A program made the position numbers and the translations under genes. A stretch of DNA of 64,000 bases, taken from an uncultured Bifidobacterium sp. GTDB taxonomy: Bacteria > Actinomycetota > Actinomycetes > S36-B12 > UBA5976. A model generated the notes under the pieces. The model had not been told where the DNA came from, made no database searches, and saw only the letters and a list, made by a program, of their open reading frames with translations. Location: positions 9,198 through 73,197 of the forward strand of contig CAZZKM010000003.1 of NCBI GenBank assembly GCA_964655115.1. The letters run 5' to 3'. The number at the start of each line of letters is the position of its first letter. Position 1 is the first letter of the stretch. This document shows, piece after piece, positions 1 to 8,936 of this stretch.

Positions 1-20
1 GGCCATTAATTATTTAGTTC

Positions 21-842
21 TTAGTGACCTTCTGCTTTTGCAAATGCACGATCGTCAGCAAAGCTCTTCAAGCGAGCAATCTTGTAAATTACAAGACCGA
101 ATACTGCTTTTGCTAACACGTCAGCAATTGAGTATCCATATTGACGAAGTACAAATGAGCCAGAACCTGTGAACCAATCGTTTGCTGTCAATTCACCAAT
201 TACTGGGAATAGATAGCTGATTGGGTATACGCCCCAGGTTGCGATCAAAGTCAAACGTAATCCTCTTACTTCTTTTGCAACTCCTGCTGGTTGACGTCCT
301 AGTGATTTACCTAGTTCAACAAACAAGATGTAAAGAATGTAGATGAATGGAATTGTTGAAAGTGCACCCCAAACTAATTTTGGTGCCATTTCAAGTGCTA
401 CTTCGCCTGGATAACCCAAAAGGATCATCAAAGCTGAAGCAGGGATTAAACGTACTAGCAATTGGCTTTGTACTTTCTTTGCTAATGCAAGAACTGCAAC
501 TGTTTCTACAAGTAGCAAAGGAACTGTTAGAAGCCAGTCAACATAACGATAAGCTTCGTTGAATCCTTCTCCAGCAGTTAATGAATAACTTCCACCAACA
601 GTTGTTTGCACATATGCGTGACGGAAAGAATCAAAAATTCTGAAGTAGTGATAAGCAGCGATACCGGTAACAATTGCTGATGTAACTAGCGCTTGACGGT
701 AACGAGGCAATACGCGGCCTTGCGCAGCTAGCATAAATACTGTTGCAAAAATCATTGATGCTAGTGCAAATGACAAGACGTTGTAGACAGCCTGAAATTG
801 TCCATTGGACAATTCAGATATTCCAACCATGCCGACTCCCAT
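21..842 (-). CDS. Microbial type-1 rhodopsin, actinorhodopsin/xanthorhodopsin-like light-driven proton pump
   Basis: 273-aa polytopic membrane ORF. The helix-C motif RYVDWLLTVPLLLVE carries the D/T/E proton-pump triad in proteorhodopsin-like spacing. The retinal Schiff-base Lys lies in SIADVLAKAVFG near the C-terminus. The first ATG (842) overlaps a GGGAG Shine-Dalgarno that sits 5 nt upstream of a second in-frame ATG at 830, so the true start may be 830. Confidence 0.9.
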   Translation of the reverse strand: MGVGMVGISELSNGQFQAVYNVLSFALASMIFATVFMLAAQGRVLPRYRQALVTSAIVTGIAAYHYFRIFDSFRHAYVQTTVGGSYSLTAGEGFNEAYRYVDWLLTVPLLLVETVAVLALAKKVQSQLLVRLIPASALMILLGYPGEVALEMAPKLVWGALSTIPFIYILYILFVELGKSLGRQPAGVAKEVRGLRLTLIATWGVYPISYLFPVIGELTANDWFTGSGSFVLRQYGYSIADVLAKAVFGLVIYKIARLKSFADDRAFAKAEGH

Positions 843-1081
843 GACGACAAAGTAGCTTGTTCAAATTTTGTTTTGTTAAAACAATCCTTAAACTGCTACC
901 GCCCGAATTTCGGGCTGTTACAGACCATATCTCTAGATTTGGATTTTGGACAACATTTGAACAAGTTTTGAGCCTATTTTTTGGGTAAATTGTTAATTAG
1001 TGAGGCAATTGAGGCATTTAAATAGTCGAACCTGGATATAAAGATAGAAAATTTTTACCTAATAGGCTTACCTATTAACTT

Positions 1082-1873
1082 ATGAATAAATTGCCAATTG
1101 GAATCCTTGACTCAGGGGTTGGGGGATTAACTGTTGCTCGTGCCATTCTTGATCAACTTCCAAATGAAGCCATTAGATATGTAGGCGATACCGCTAATGG
1201 TCCATATGGCCCAAAGCCTATTGCTCAAGTTAGAGAATTTGCACTCAACATTATGGACAAATTAGTTGATGATGGAGTTAAAGCTTTAGTAATTGCATGT
1301 AATACAGCATCTGCAGCAACTTTAAGAGATGCTCGCGAGCGATACGACGTTCCAGTTTTGGAAGTGATCGGACCAGCTGTCAGACGAGCAGTAACTGTTA
1401 CTAGAAATAAAAAAGTGGGAGTAATCGGAACTAGAGCAACTATTGAAAGTGGTGCATATGAAGATGCGTTTGCTGCAGCCCTTGATATTTCACTGACCAC
1501 ACATGCTTGTCCAAGATTTGTCGAGTTTGTTGAAAAAGGAATTACCTCTGGCCAGGAATTGCTTCAAGTCGCAGAAGAATATTTGAAAGATTTAAAAGTA
1601 AGCGGTATCGATACTGTTGTATTGGGATGTACACATTTTCCATTACTGAGTGGAGTTATCGGCTATACCTTAGGAACTGATGTAGCAATAGTTTCAAGCG
1701 CTGAAGAAACAGCTCAAGATTTATATCGAGTTTTGGTTTCAAAGAATATCCAAAGATCAGAAAATGAAAAGCCTCCAATTCATGAATTTCTAGTTACTGG
1801 GGAAAGCCAAAATTTTGCCAAACTTGCGAAAAGGTTTTTAGGACCTGAAGTCATTAGTGTAGGTTCAATATGA
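1082..1873 (+). CDS. murI: Glutamate racemase
   Basis: 263 aa. Motifs: [12 protein letters not shown], and the two catalytic Cys boxes ACNTASA and GCTHFP. Confidence 0.92.
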   Translation: MNKLPIGILDSGVGGLTVARAILDQLPNEAIRYVGDTANGPYGPKPIAQVREFALNIMDKLVDDGVKALVIACNTASAATLRDARERYDVPVLEVIGPAVRRAVTVTRNKKVGVIGTRATIESGAYEDAFAAALDISLTTHACPRFVEFVEKGITSGQELLQVAEEYLKDLKVSGIDTVVLGCTHFPLLSGVIGYTLGTDVAIVSSAEETAQDLYRVLVSKNIQRSENEKPPIHEFLVTGESQNFAKLAKRFLGPEVISVGSI

Positions 1874-1891
1874 CAAAAGATTGGATTATTA

Positions 1892-2614
1892 ATGGCTAGA
1901 AGTGATGGACGAAGCGCTGATCAATTAAGACCAATTAAATTTGAAAGAAATTGGTTAGAAAATGCTGAAGGTTCCTGTTTAGTCCATTTTGGTAGCACCA
2001 GAGTTTTATGTGTAGCAACTTTTAGTGAAGGTGTTCCAAGATTTAAAAAAGATAGTGGCGAAGGTTGGGTAACTGCAGAATATGCAATGTTGCCAAGATC
2101 TACAGAATCTAGATCTGACAGAGAATCTGTTAAAGGAAAACTTGGTGGAAGAACCCAAGAAATTTCTAGATTAGTTGGAAGAAGTTTGAGAGCAATTATT
2201 AATAACAAGGCAATGGGTGAAAACACAATTGTTTTAGATTGTGATGTTTTGCAAGCAGACGGTGGAACTCGAACCGCAGCAATTTCAGGAGCATACGTTG
2301 CTTTGGTTGATGCACTGCGTTGGGCAAAAGAAAAAGGATTTATTGAATCAGTAGAAAATGTTTTAACTGATTCAGTGGCAGCAGTAAGTGTTGGAGTAAT
2401 AGATGGCGAAATCAGATTAGATCTTCATTACGAGGACGACGTGCGAGCACAAACTGATATGAACGTAATTATGACTGGAAGCGGGAAATTTATCGAAGTT
2501 CAAGGAACAGCTGAAGGTGCTCCATTTGATAAACAAGAATTAGATCAATTGTTAGAAATTGCCTCTCAAGGCTGCCAAGAAATAACTCAACTCCAAAAAC
2601 AGGCCCTTTCTTAA
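1892..2614 (+). CDS. rph: Ribonuclease PH
   Basis: 240 aa. N-terminal [14 protein letters not shown] and the [15 protein letters not shown] motif are typical of RNase PH. Confidence 0.92.
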   Translation: MARSDGRSADQLRPIKFERNWLENAEGSCLVHFGSTRVLCVATFSEGVPRFKKDSGEGWVTAEYAMLPRSTESRSDRESVKGKLGGRTQEISRLVGRSLRAIINNKAMGENTIVLDCDVLQADGGTRTAAISGAYVALVDALRWAKEKGFIESVENVLTDSVAAVSVGVIDGEIRLDLHYEDDVRAQTDMNVIMTGSGKFIEVQGTAEGAPFDKQELDQLLEIASQGCQEITQLQKQALS

Positions 2615-2617
2615 ATC

Positions 2618-3226
2618 ATGAAAAAAATTGTGTTAGCCACAGCTAACACTCACAAAATAGAAGAATTTAAACGAATTCTTAATAGAAAATTGCCTGGAGT
2701 TTCACTAGTTTCGCAAAAAGAATTTGAAAATATTCCAGAAATTGAAGAAACTGGGGCCACTTTTGCAGAGAATGCCCTCATTAAAGCAAGAACCATAAAT
2801 GAAGTGACAAATTTACCTGCCCTAGCTGATGATTCAGGTTTAGTAGTTGAAGCGCTAGATAATCGACCTGGAATTTTTAGCGCAAGGTATGCAGGAGTTG
2901 GGGCAACAGATAAAAAGAATTTGGAGAAAATTCTTTCAGAAATTAAGAATTTTGAAGACAAATATTTGAAAGCGTATTTTGAGTGTTCTATTGCCTACGT
3001 GGATAAAGTTAACAACCTTGAATTTGTGGTCGATGGCCAAATGTTTGGTTCTTTGGTTAAAGAGATTAGAGGAAAAAACGGATTTGGTTATGATCCAATC
3101 TTTATTCCAGAAGGCTATGAAAAAACTGTTTCAGAATTGACAGATGATGTTAAAGATGAGATTAGTCATCGCGGAAAAGCTCTAGAAAAATTTTGTATTA
3201 TTTTTGAAAATCTTGTTCAAAATTAA
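2618..3226 (+). CDS. rdgB: Non-canonical purine NTP pyrophosphatase (RdgB/Ham1 family)
   Basis: 202 aa. Motifs: VLATANTHKIEEF, DDSGL, FGYDPIF and SHRGKA. It follows rph as in many bacteria. Confidence 0.88.
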   Translation: MKKIVLATANTHKIEEFKRILNRKLPGVSLVSQKEFENIPEIEETGATFAENALIKARTINEVTNLPALADDSGLVVEALDNRPGIFSARYAGVGATDKKNLEKILSEIKNFEDKYLKAYFECSIAYVDKVNNLEFVVDGQMFGSLVKEIRGKNGFGYDPIFIPEGYEKTVSELTDDVKDEISHRGKALEKFCIIFENLVQN

Positions 3227-3287
3227 TGCCCCGCAGTCTTTCCAGGTGTATTATCGTGCATCCGACTACAAATAATTTGGAGGTTCA

Positions 3288-4724
3288 TTGAACATTAACT
3301 TCACCGGACGAGTCCTAGTTCTTGGAGCAGGATCAGTTGCCCAGTGCACATTACCTTTAATTTTGAAACATTTTGCAAAACCTAGTCAAGTTACAGTTAT
3401 AGATAAAGAAGATAAAACTCAAAGACTTAAAAATGAAATAAACCAAGGTGTTACTTTCAAAATAGATCAGGTCACAAAAGAAAATCTTGACAGTAAATTA
3501 AAATCGTATTTGTCTTCCGGAGATCTTTTACTAGATCTTGCTTGGAATATTGATTGCAATGCAATTTTGCAATGGTGTCATGACAACAATGTTTTGTATC
3601 TAAATACTTCAGTTGAAGAGTGGAATCCATATGTAAATGGAGCTCAACGCCCAGTTTTAGAAAGAACTTTGTATCCAAGACATATGAGAATTAGAAAAAT
3701 GATGAAAACCTGGGATAAAAAAGGGCCTTCTGCAGTTGTTGAACATGGAGCAAATCCTGGATTAGTTTCTCATTTTACAAAAGCTGCATTGGTTGAAATT
3801 GCTAACAAACTAAAAACAGATAATAAGAGTAATGAAAAAATTGAAAAAGCCTTAAGTGAAGAAAAATATAATGAATTAGCTCATTTACTTGGCGTAAAAG
3901 TAATTCATATTGCAGAACGTGACACACAAATAACAGATAAACCTAAAAAAGTTGATGAATTTGTCAATACTTGGTCTGTTGAAGGTTTTTATGAAGAAGG
4001 AATAGCACCAGCTGAAATTGGTTGGGGCACACATGAAAAAGAATTACCAAAAAATGCTTCTATGCATAAAGATGATGGACCAAGTAATCAAATCGCAATT
4101 GCTCAACCTGGAGCAAAAACTTGGGTTAGATCATGGGTGCCAGATTTTGAAACCATTGGAATGGTCATAAGACATGGTGAAGCTTTTACCATTACTGAAC
4201 ATTTGACTGTTAAAGATAATTCAGGAAAAGATATTTACAGGCCAACTGTTCATTATGCATATTGTCCTTCAAATGAAGCCATAGTTTCTATGACTGAATT
4301 AGAAATGAGGCAATGGGATCTTCAAAAAAATCAAAGAATTTTGAATGAAGAAATCATTGATGGGGAAGATCGTTTAGGTGTTTTATTAATGGGACATGAA
4401 TATAAATCTTGGTGGTATGGATCGATGCTTTCAATTCATGACGCAAGAAAACTAGTTCCAGGACAATCTGCTACAACTTTGCAAGTTGCTTGTTCGGTCT
4501 TAGCAGCTGCAATGTGGATGATTGAAAATCCAAATGAAGGTGTATTAGTGCCAGATCAATTACCTTGGAAATATGTTTTAGATATTGCAATACCTTATTT
4601 AGGGCAAATGAGATCAGTTCAAGTTGATTGGGATCCATTAAAAACAAGAAATGATCTATATAAAGGATTGAACCAAAGAAATTATGATTCAGATCCTTGG
4701 CAATTTAGTAATTTCTTAGTTTAA
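3288..4724 (+). CDS. hss: Homospermidine synthase (saccharopine-dehydrogenase-like fold)
   Basis: 478 aa, with a TTG start just after GGAGG. The Rossmann motif VLVLGAGSVAQCTLPLI, VEHGANPGLVSHF, and the length and layout resemble bacterial homospermidine synthase. Confidence 0.75.
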   Translation: MNINFTGRVLVLGAGSVAQCTLPLILKHFAKPSQVTVIDKEDKTQRLKNEINQGVTFKIDQVTKENLDSKLKSYLSSGDLLLDLAWNIDCNAILQWCHDNNVLYLNTSVEEWNPYVNGAQRPVLERTLYPRHMRIRKMMKTWDKKGPSAVVEHGANPGLVSHFTKAALVEIANKLKTDNKSNEKIEKALSEEKYNELAHLLGVKVIHIAERDTQITDKPKKVDEFVNTWSVEGFYEEGIAPAEIGWGTHEKELPKNASMHKDDGPSNQIAIAQPGAKTWVRSWVPDFETIGMVIRHGEAFTITEHLTVKDNSGKDIYRPTVHYAYCPSNEAIVSMTELEMRQWDLQKNQRILNEEIIDGEDRLGVLLMGHEYKSWWYGSMLSIHDARKLVPGQSATTLQVACSVLAAAMWMIENPNEGVLVPDQLPWKYVLDIAIPYLGQMRSVQVDWDPLKTRNDLYKGLNQRNYDSDPWQFSNFLV

Positions 4725-4730
4725 AAATTT

Positions 4731-4815
4731 TGGTGCGGGAGAGGGGACTTGAACCCCTACACCTTGCGGCGCTAGATCCTAAGTCTAGTGCGTCTGCCAA
4801 TTTCGCCACTCCCGC
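4731..4815 (-). tRNA. tRNA-Leu (anticodon UAG)
   Basis: The reverse complement folds as a class II tRNA. Acceptor stem GCGGGAG/CTCCCGC, anticodon loop CTTAGGA, long variable arm, T-loop GGTTCAAGTCC, encoded CCA. Confidence 0.93.
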
Positions 4816-4877
4816 AATCAATACATCCAACTCTACGGCGTACGCTTTTTACTAGATAAACCTTCCGGAGAATTGCT

Positions 4878-5105
4878 GTGAAACAAGACCAAATTGAAGC
4901 AGAAATAATTGCGGCCAGAGAAAGATTGGCAAAAAATCTTTCTGAGTTGGAGTATGCATTTAGTTCTGAAGGGTTGAAAAATCGTGGTAAAGAACTTGCA
5001 AAAAATTTTTTTACTCACCCTGATGGCGAATATAGAATTGAAAGAATTATTGGTGCAGCAATTGGAACAATTCTAAGTCTAAAGATTATTCGTAAGATTT
5101 TTTAA
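4878..5105 (+). CDS. Small DUF3618-like protein with a C-terminal membrane anchor
   Basis: 75 aa, GTG start. Has an N-terminal coiled-coil-like segment (QIEAEIIAARERLAKNLSELE) and a C-terminal hydrophobic segment (IIGAAIGTILSLKII). Its stop directly abuts the next start (TAAATG). Confidence 0.55.
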   Translation: MKQDQIEAEIIAARERLAKNLSELEYAFSSEGLKNRGKELAKNFFTHPDGEYRIERIIGAAIGTILSLKIIRKIF

Positions 5106-5447
5106 ATGGCAAAATCTACATTTAACGGTAAAGATGGTTTACCAGTCCGATTATTAAATGATCGAATAGTGGTTCATATCGACTCAACAGATAGGGAAAG
5201 AAAAAGTAGCGGAGGAAGTGTTATTCCAGCTACTGCACAAGTTGCCAAAAGATTAATTTGGGCAAGAGTTGTTGCAGCAGGTCCTAATGTTAGAAATGTA
5301 AATGTTAATGATCGAGTGATGTTTGAACCAGATGAAAGGTATGAAGTTGAACTACAAGGGCAAGACTACATTTTGCTTCGAGAACGAGACATTCATGCTG
5401 TGGCAACAAATGATTCAGGAGAAGAATCTGCTGGTTTATATCTTTAA
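5106..5447 (+). CDS. GroES/Cpn10-like small protein (divergent paralogue)
   Basis: 113 aa. The pattern LLNDRIVV ... SSGGSVIPATA ... ARVVAAGP ... DRVMF ... ILLRERDIHAV follows the Cpn10 beta-barrel layout. No CIRCE lies upstream. Confidence 0.6.
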   Translation: MAKSTFNGKDGLPVRLLNDRIVVHIDSTDRERKSSGGSVIPATAQVAKRLIWARVVAAGPNVRNVNVNDRVMFEPDERYEVELQGQDYILLRERDIHAVATNDSGEESAGLYL

Positions 5448-5464
5448 TGAAGTAGGTTAAAACC

Positions 5465-6733
5465 ATGTCAAAAATTGCTGTTATTGGTGTTGGCTACGTT
5501 GGATTAACAACAGCTGTAGGACTTGCACATCTTGGTCACCAGGTCATTGGTGTTGATAACGATATTCAAAAAATTGAGAAATTAAAATTAGGTCAATCTC
5601 CAATTTTTGAAAAAGATTTAGATAAATATTTAACTGAAAATATAAAAGGCAATAGGCTAATTTTTGATAATAATTTAGAAAAAATTAAAGATTGTAACTT
5701 TGTGTTTTTGTGCCTTCCAACACCCCAGTTGGAAGATGGTTCGGCAGATATTTCAACTGTGCTTGAAGTAGCAAAAGAATTAAACAACGTTATTGTTGAA
5801 AATTCAATTGTTGTTATTAAATCAACTGTGCCGATTAAAACTTATGAAAAAGTAAAAAAGTTGATTACTAAACAAAATTGCGAAATCGTATCTAATCCTG
5901 AATTCTTGAGAGAAGGAGTAGCTTTAGAGGATTTTCTAAATCCAGATCGTATTGTTATTGGCTCTAATTCAATAGAATCAGCAGAAAAAGTTGCTGAACT
6001 ATATAAAAATATTAATTCAGAAATTATTTTTACGGACAATACTTCAGCAGAACTAATAAAATATGCATCGAATTCATACCTAGCAGTAAGGCTTTCATTT
6101 GTTAATGAATTGGCAGCATACGCTGAAAAAATTGGTGGCAATGTAATTCAAGTTTTAGATGCAATGGGAAAAGATAAAAGAATTGGTAATCACTTTTTAA
6201 AGCCTGGACCTGGCTGGGGTGGAATGTGTTTTCCTAAAGATGTAAGTGAACTTAAAACTTCTGCAGAACTATTGGACCAACCAATTGAATTGTTGAATGC
6301 TGCTCTTGAAAGTAATGCTAAGGCACATATGCGAGTTGTGGAAAAAGTAAAAAAATTGGTAGGAAATGATTTAAGCAATAAAAAAATAGCAACCTGGGGA
6401 TTAAGTTTTAAATCTAATACCGATGACACAAGATTTTCTCCCGCAGTTTCAGTTATTGAACTATTGATTAAAGAAAAGGCAAACATTAAAGCTTTTGATC
6501 CGGTGGTAAAAAAACTAAATATAGAAGGTTTAATTCTGTGTGATGAAATCAATCAAAGCGTTGAAGATGTAGAGGTTATTGTTTTACTTACAGAATGGCC
6601 TTACTTTCAAAATGTTGATCCAATGGCAATTTCTAAATTAGTAAAAGTTAAAAATATCATTGATACCCGAAATATTTTAAATAAATCTAATTGGGAAAAT
6701 AGCGGTTTTAAATTTATAGGTAACGGAATTTAA
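5465..6733 (+). CDS. ugd: UDP-glucose 6-dehydrogenase
   Basis: 422 aa. N-terminal NAD fold IAVIGVGYVGLTTAVGLA, catalytic Cys box GWGGMCFPKD, and the SNPEFLREG motif. Confidence 0.9.
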   Translation: MSKIAVIGVGYVGLTTAVGLAHLGHQVIGVDNDIQKIEKLKLGQSPIFEKDLDKYLTENIKGNRLIFDNNLEKIKDCNFVFLCLPTPQLEDGSADISTVLEVAKELNNVIVENSIVVIKSTVPIKTYEKVKKLITKQNCEIVSNPEFLREGVALEDFLNPDRIVIGSNSIESAEKVAELYKNINSEIIFTDNTSAELIKYASNSYLAVRLSFVNELAAYAEKIGGNVIQVLDAMGKDKRIGNHFLKPGPGWGGMCFPKDVSELKTSAELLDQPIELLNAALESNAKAHMRVVEKVKKLVGNDLSNKKIATWGLSFKSNTDDTRFSPAVSVIELLIKEKANIKAFDPVVKKLNIEGLILCDEINQSVEDVEVIVLLTEWPYFQNVDPMAISKLVKVKNIIDTRNILNKSNWENSGFKFIGNGI

Positions 6734-6736
6734 TTC

Positions 6737-7558
6737 CTAGTTTGCCAAAAGCCTTACTTCAGCTCTTGTTTCAAACCAAGGAGCATCGCAATTTGAATTC
6801 AAAGGTAATTCCAAGACACTTTCAGTCTTTTTAACTAAGTTTGCTTTACCTGTTAAATTTGCATCAATAAACACAATTTGATCATTTGCAAAGCATCCAC
6901 CTGGCAAAGTAGTCGCATTAAACTTTTTACCATCAGCACTTCTATAAACTCCACCAGTGAAGTACATAGATTTTGGAGAACCCGAATTATTTTTCACTTT
7001 TAATTGAATATAAGTATTACCATTTACTGATTGATACGCAATTCCATCACTTACTTCAATTCCTCTGTCATCATATTTTGAATTCAAATCAAAAACTAGA
7101 CCATTTAAATCAATTGCCGTATTTTTAGAATTTGATGCAATTGACCAAGATTTAATTAACCCTTTTGAATTTAATTTAAATTTTGAGTAGGTGCCGTTAA
7201 ACGCAACAACTGGAGATTTAAAAATGATGTTTGATTTATTGAATTTAGCTGAACCGTTGGCAGGATTAGAAACAACAATTCCTGATGATTGGACACTCCA
7301 TGGTTTCAAGCTTCTCCAATATTTATCCGCACTCAAACTATTTTGAAGCATTGTTAAAACTAAATCTGCCGAGGAATTTTGTTCAACATATTTTTGAGCA
7401 ATTGCTAATTTGTCTGGATCACTTGAGGCCATAGCAGTAAATAAAGCTTTAACATTTTTGTTATTTGGATTTGCATTGGAATCAGCGTAAGCTGTAGCTG
7501 AAGTTGAAATAATTAATAAGATAGTAATAGAAAGTGTTTTAAGGTTTTTGAAATTCAT
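6737..7558 (-). CDS. Secreted protein of unknown function (N/S/K-rich, signal peptide)
   Basis: 273 aa. The N-terminus MNFKNLKTLSITILLIISTSATAYA/DS looks like a Sec signal peptide with an AxA cleavage site. The mature part is beta-rich and Asn/Ser-rich, with two Cys. I recognise no family. Confidence 0.65.
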   Translation of the reverse strand: MNFKNLKTLSITILLIISTSATAYADSNANPNNKNVKALFTAMASSDPDKLAIAQKYVEQNSSADLVLTMLQNSLSADKYWRSLKPWSVQSSGIVVSNPANGSAKFNKSNIIFKSPVVAFNGTYSKFKLNSKGLIKSWSIASNSKNTAIDLNGLVFDLNSKYDDRGIEVSDGIAYQSVNGNTYIQLKVKNNSGSPKSMYFTGGVYRSADGKKFNATTLPGGCFANDQIVFIDANLTGKANLVKKTESVLELPLNSNCDAPWFETRAEVRLLAN

Positions 7559-7614
7559 TTTTTCCTCTCAAGAATATTTATATTATAGAGCACTAGGTTG
7601 TATAAATTTATGAA

Positions 7615-8907
7615 TCAAGTGACTTCACTCTCGGGGTTTCCAAGGTTTTTATACTTCTCACTCTTTACATAATCATAAATTCTTAAAAATCCTTCAAAAA
7701 TCTCCTGATAAGTATTAGTCAGTGGAGAAATTGCTAATCTAATGCAGTTTGGTACTCGGTAATCAGGAATTACATTTTTTTCAATCCTTAAACCTCGAGC
7801 AATTTTTTCTGCATCCTTGTGAAAAATAGAAATATGTCCACCACGAGAATTTTTGTCCCTTGGTGTTGTTAATTCAAAGCCAAGAGGGGCAAGTAAATCA
7901 TCAAACATTTTTATCATCATCTCTGTGCCAATTGCAGCTTTTTTGGAAATCTCTTTTATAGACGCTTCCTTAATCATTTCAAAAGATGTTTTAACACAAC
8001 GAAGTCCAAGAATAGAAGGACTTGCTATTTGAAAACCACGCATTCCATCTGCTTGTTGAAATTTTGAACCCATCAAAAATTGATCTTTTTGAGCAAACCA
8101 CCCATTGATTGGCAGATTAGCTTTTTTTTGATGTCTTTTATTTATATAAATCCAAGCAGGAGCTCCTGGTCCTGAATTTCCATATTTATAAGTGCAACCA
8201 ATTGCAAAATCCACATTAGATTCATCAAACATTAAATCGACAACACCTATTGCGTGAGATGCATCCCAAACGACAATTGAATTATTAGAATGAATTATTT
8301 CTGTTAATTTTTTAACATCATTCAAGGCACCAGAACGATACTGCACAACAGATAATGTCACAAGACAAACATCGTCAGTCAAATGTTTATTGAGAATATC
8401 AGGTGTAATTAATTCATTTTCTAGATTATAATTTCCATTCTCATCTAAATTTATGTCATTTTTTATTGTAATTAGTTTCAAATTAAATTCTTTTGCAATT
8501 TCTTGAATGATGTATCTATCTGTTGGAAAATTAGCTTCATCAGCAATTATTGTTTTTTTATTTGGATTTAACTTTATTGCAGCAATGCAAGCTCTGTAAA
8601 AATTAACACTGGTTGTATCTGTTACAAGAATTTGTCCTTTACTTGCCCCTAATGCAGATTCTCCTAATAAATCGCCCACCCTTTGTGCTTCATCTATCCA
8701 ATTTGTCCAGCCAGAAACTAACTGATTGCCCCATTCATTGAGTAAAAAATTATTTATTACATCAATAGTCTTTTTTGGAAGTCGGCCTAAGCTATTTCCG
8801 TCTAAATAGCACAATTCTTCATCTGTGCGCACAAATTGATCAATGTATTTATTCAATGGATCTTTTTCATCTAAATCTTGAACATATTCTTTAGTGATCA
8901 TGGTCAA
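7615..8907 (-). CDS. kynU: Kynureninase (PLP-dependent, class V aminotransferase fold)
   Basis: 430 aa. Motifs: YLDGNSLG, VTDTTSVN, FPTD, the PLP-Lys box AIGCTYKYGNSGPGAP, and DYRVP. These closely parallel Pseudomonas kynureninase. Confidence 0.88.
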   Translation of the reverse strand: MTMITKEYVQDLDEKDPLNKYIDQFVRTDEELCYLDGNSLGRLPKKTIDVINNFLLNEWGNQLVSGWTNWIDEAQRVGDLLGESALGASKGQILVTDTTSVNFYRACIAAIKLNPNKKTIIADEANFPTDRYIIQEIAKEFNLKLITIKNDINLDENGNYNLENELITPDILNKHLTDDVCLVTLSVVQYRSGALNDVKKLTEIIHSNNSIVVWDASHAIGVVDLMFDESNVDFAIGCTYKYGNSGPGAPAWIYINKRHQKKANLPINGWFAQKDQFLMGSKFQQADGMRGFQIASPSILGLRCVKTSFEMIKEASIKEISKKAAIGTEMMIKMFDDLLAPLGFELTTPRDKNSRGGHISIFHKDAEKIARGLRIEKNVIPDYRVPNCIRLAISPLTNTYQEIFEGFLRIYDYVKSEKYKNLGNPESEVT

Positions 8908-8936
8908 AATGCTATGCCGTTACTAGGCTTAAGTCC

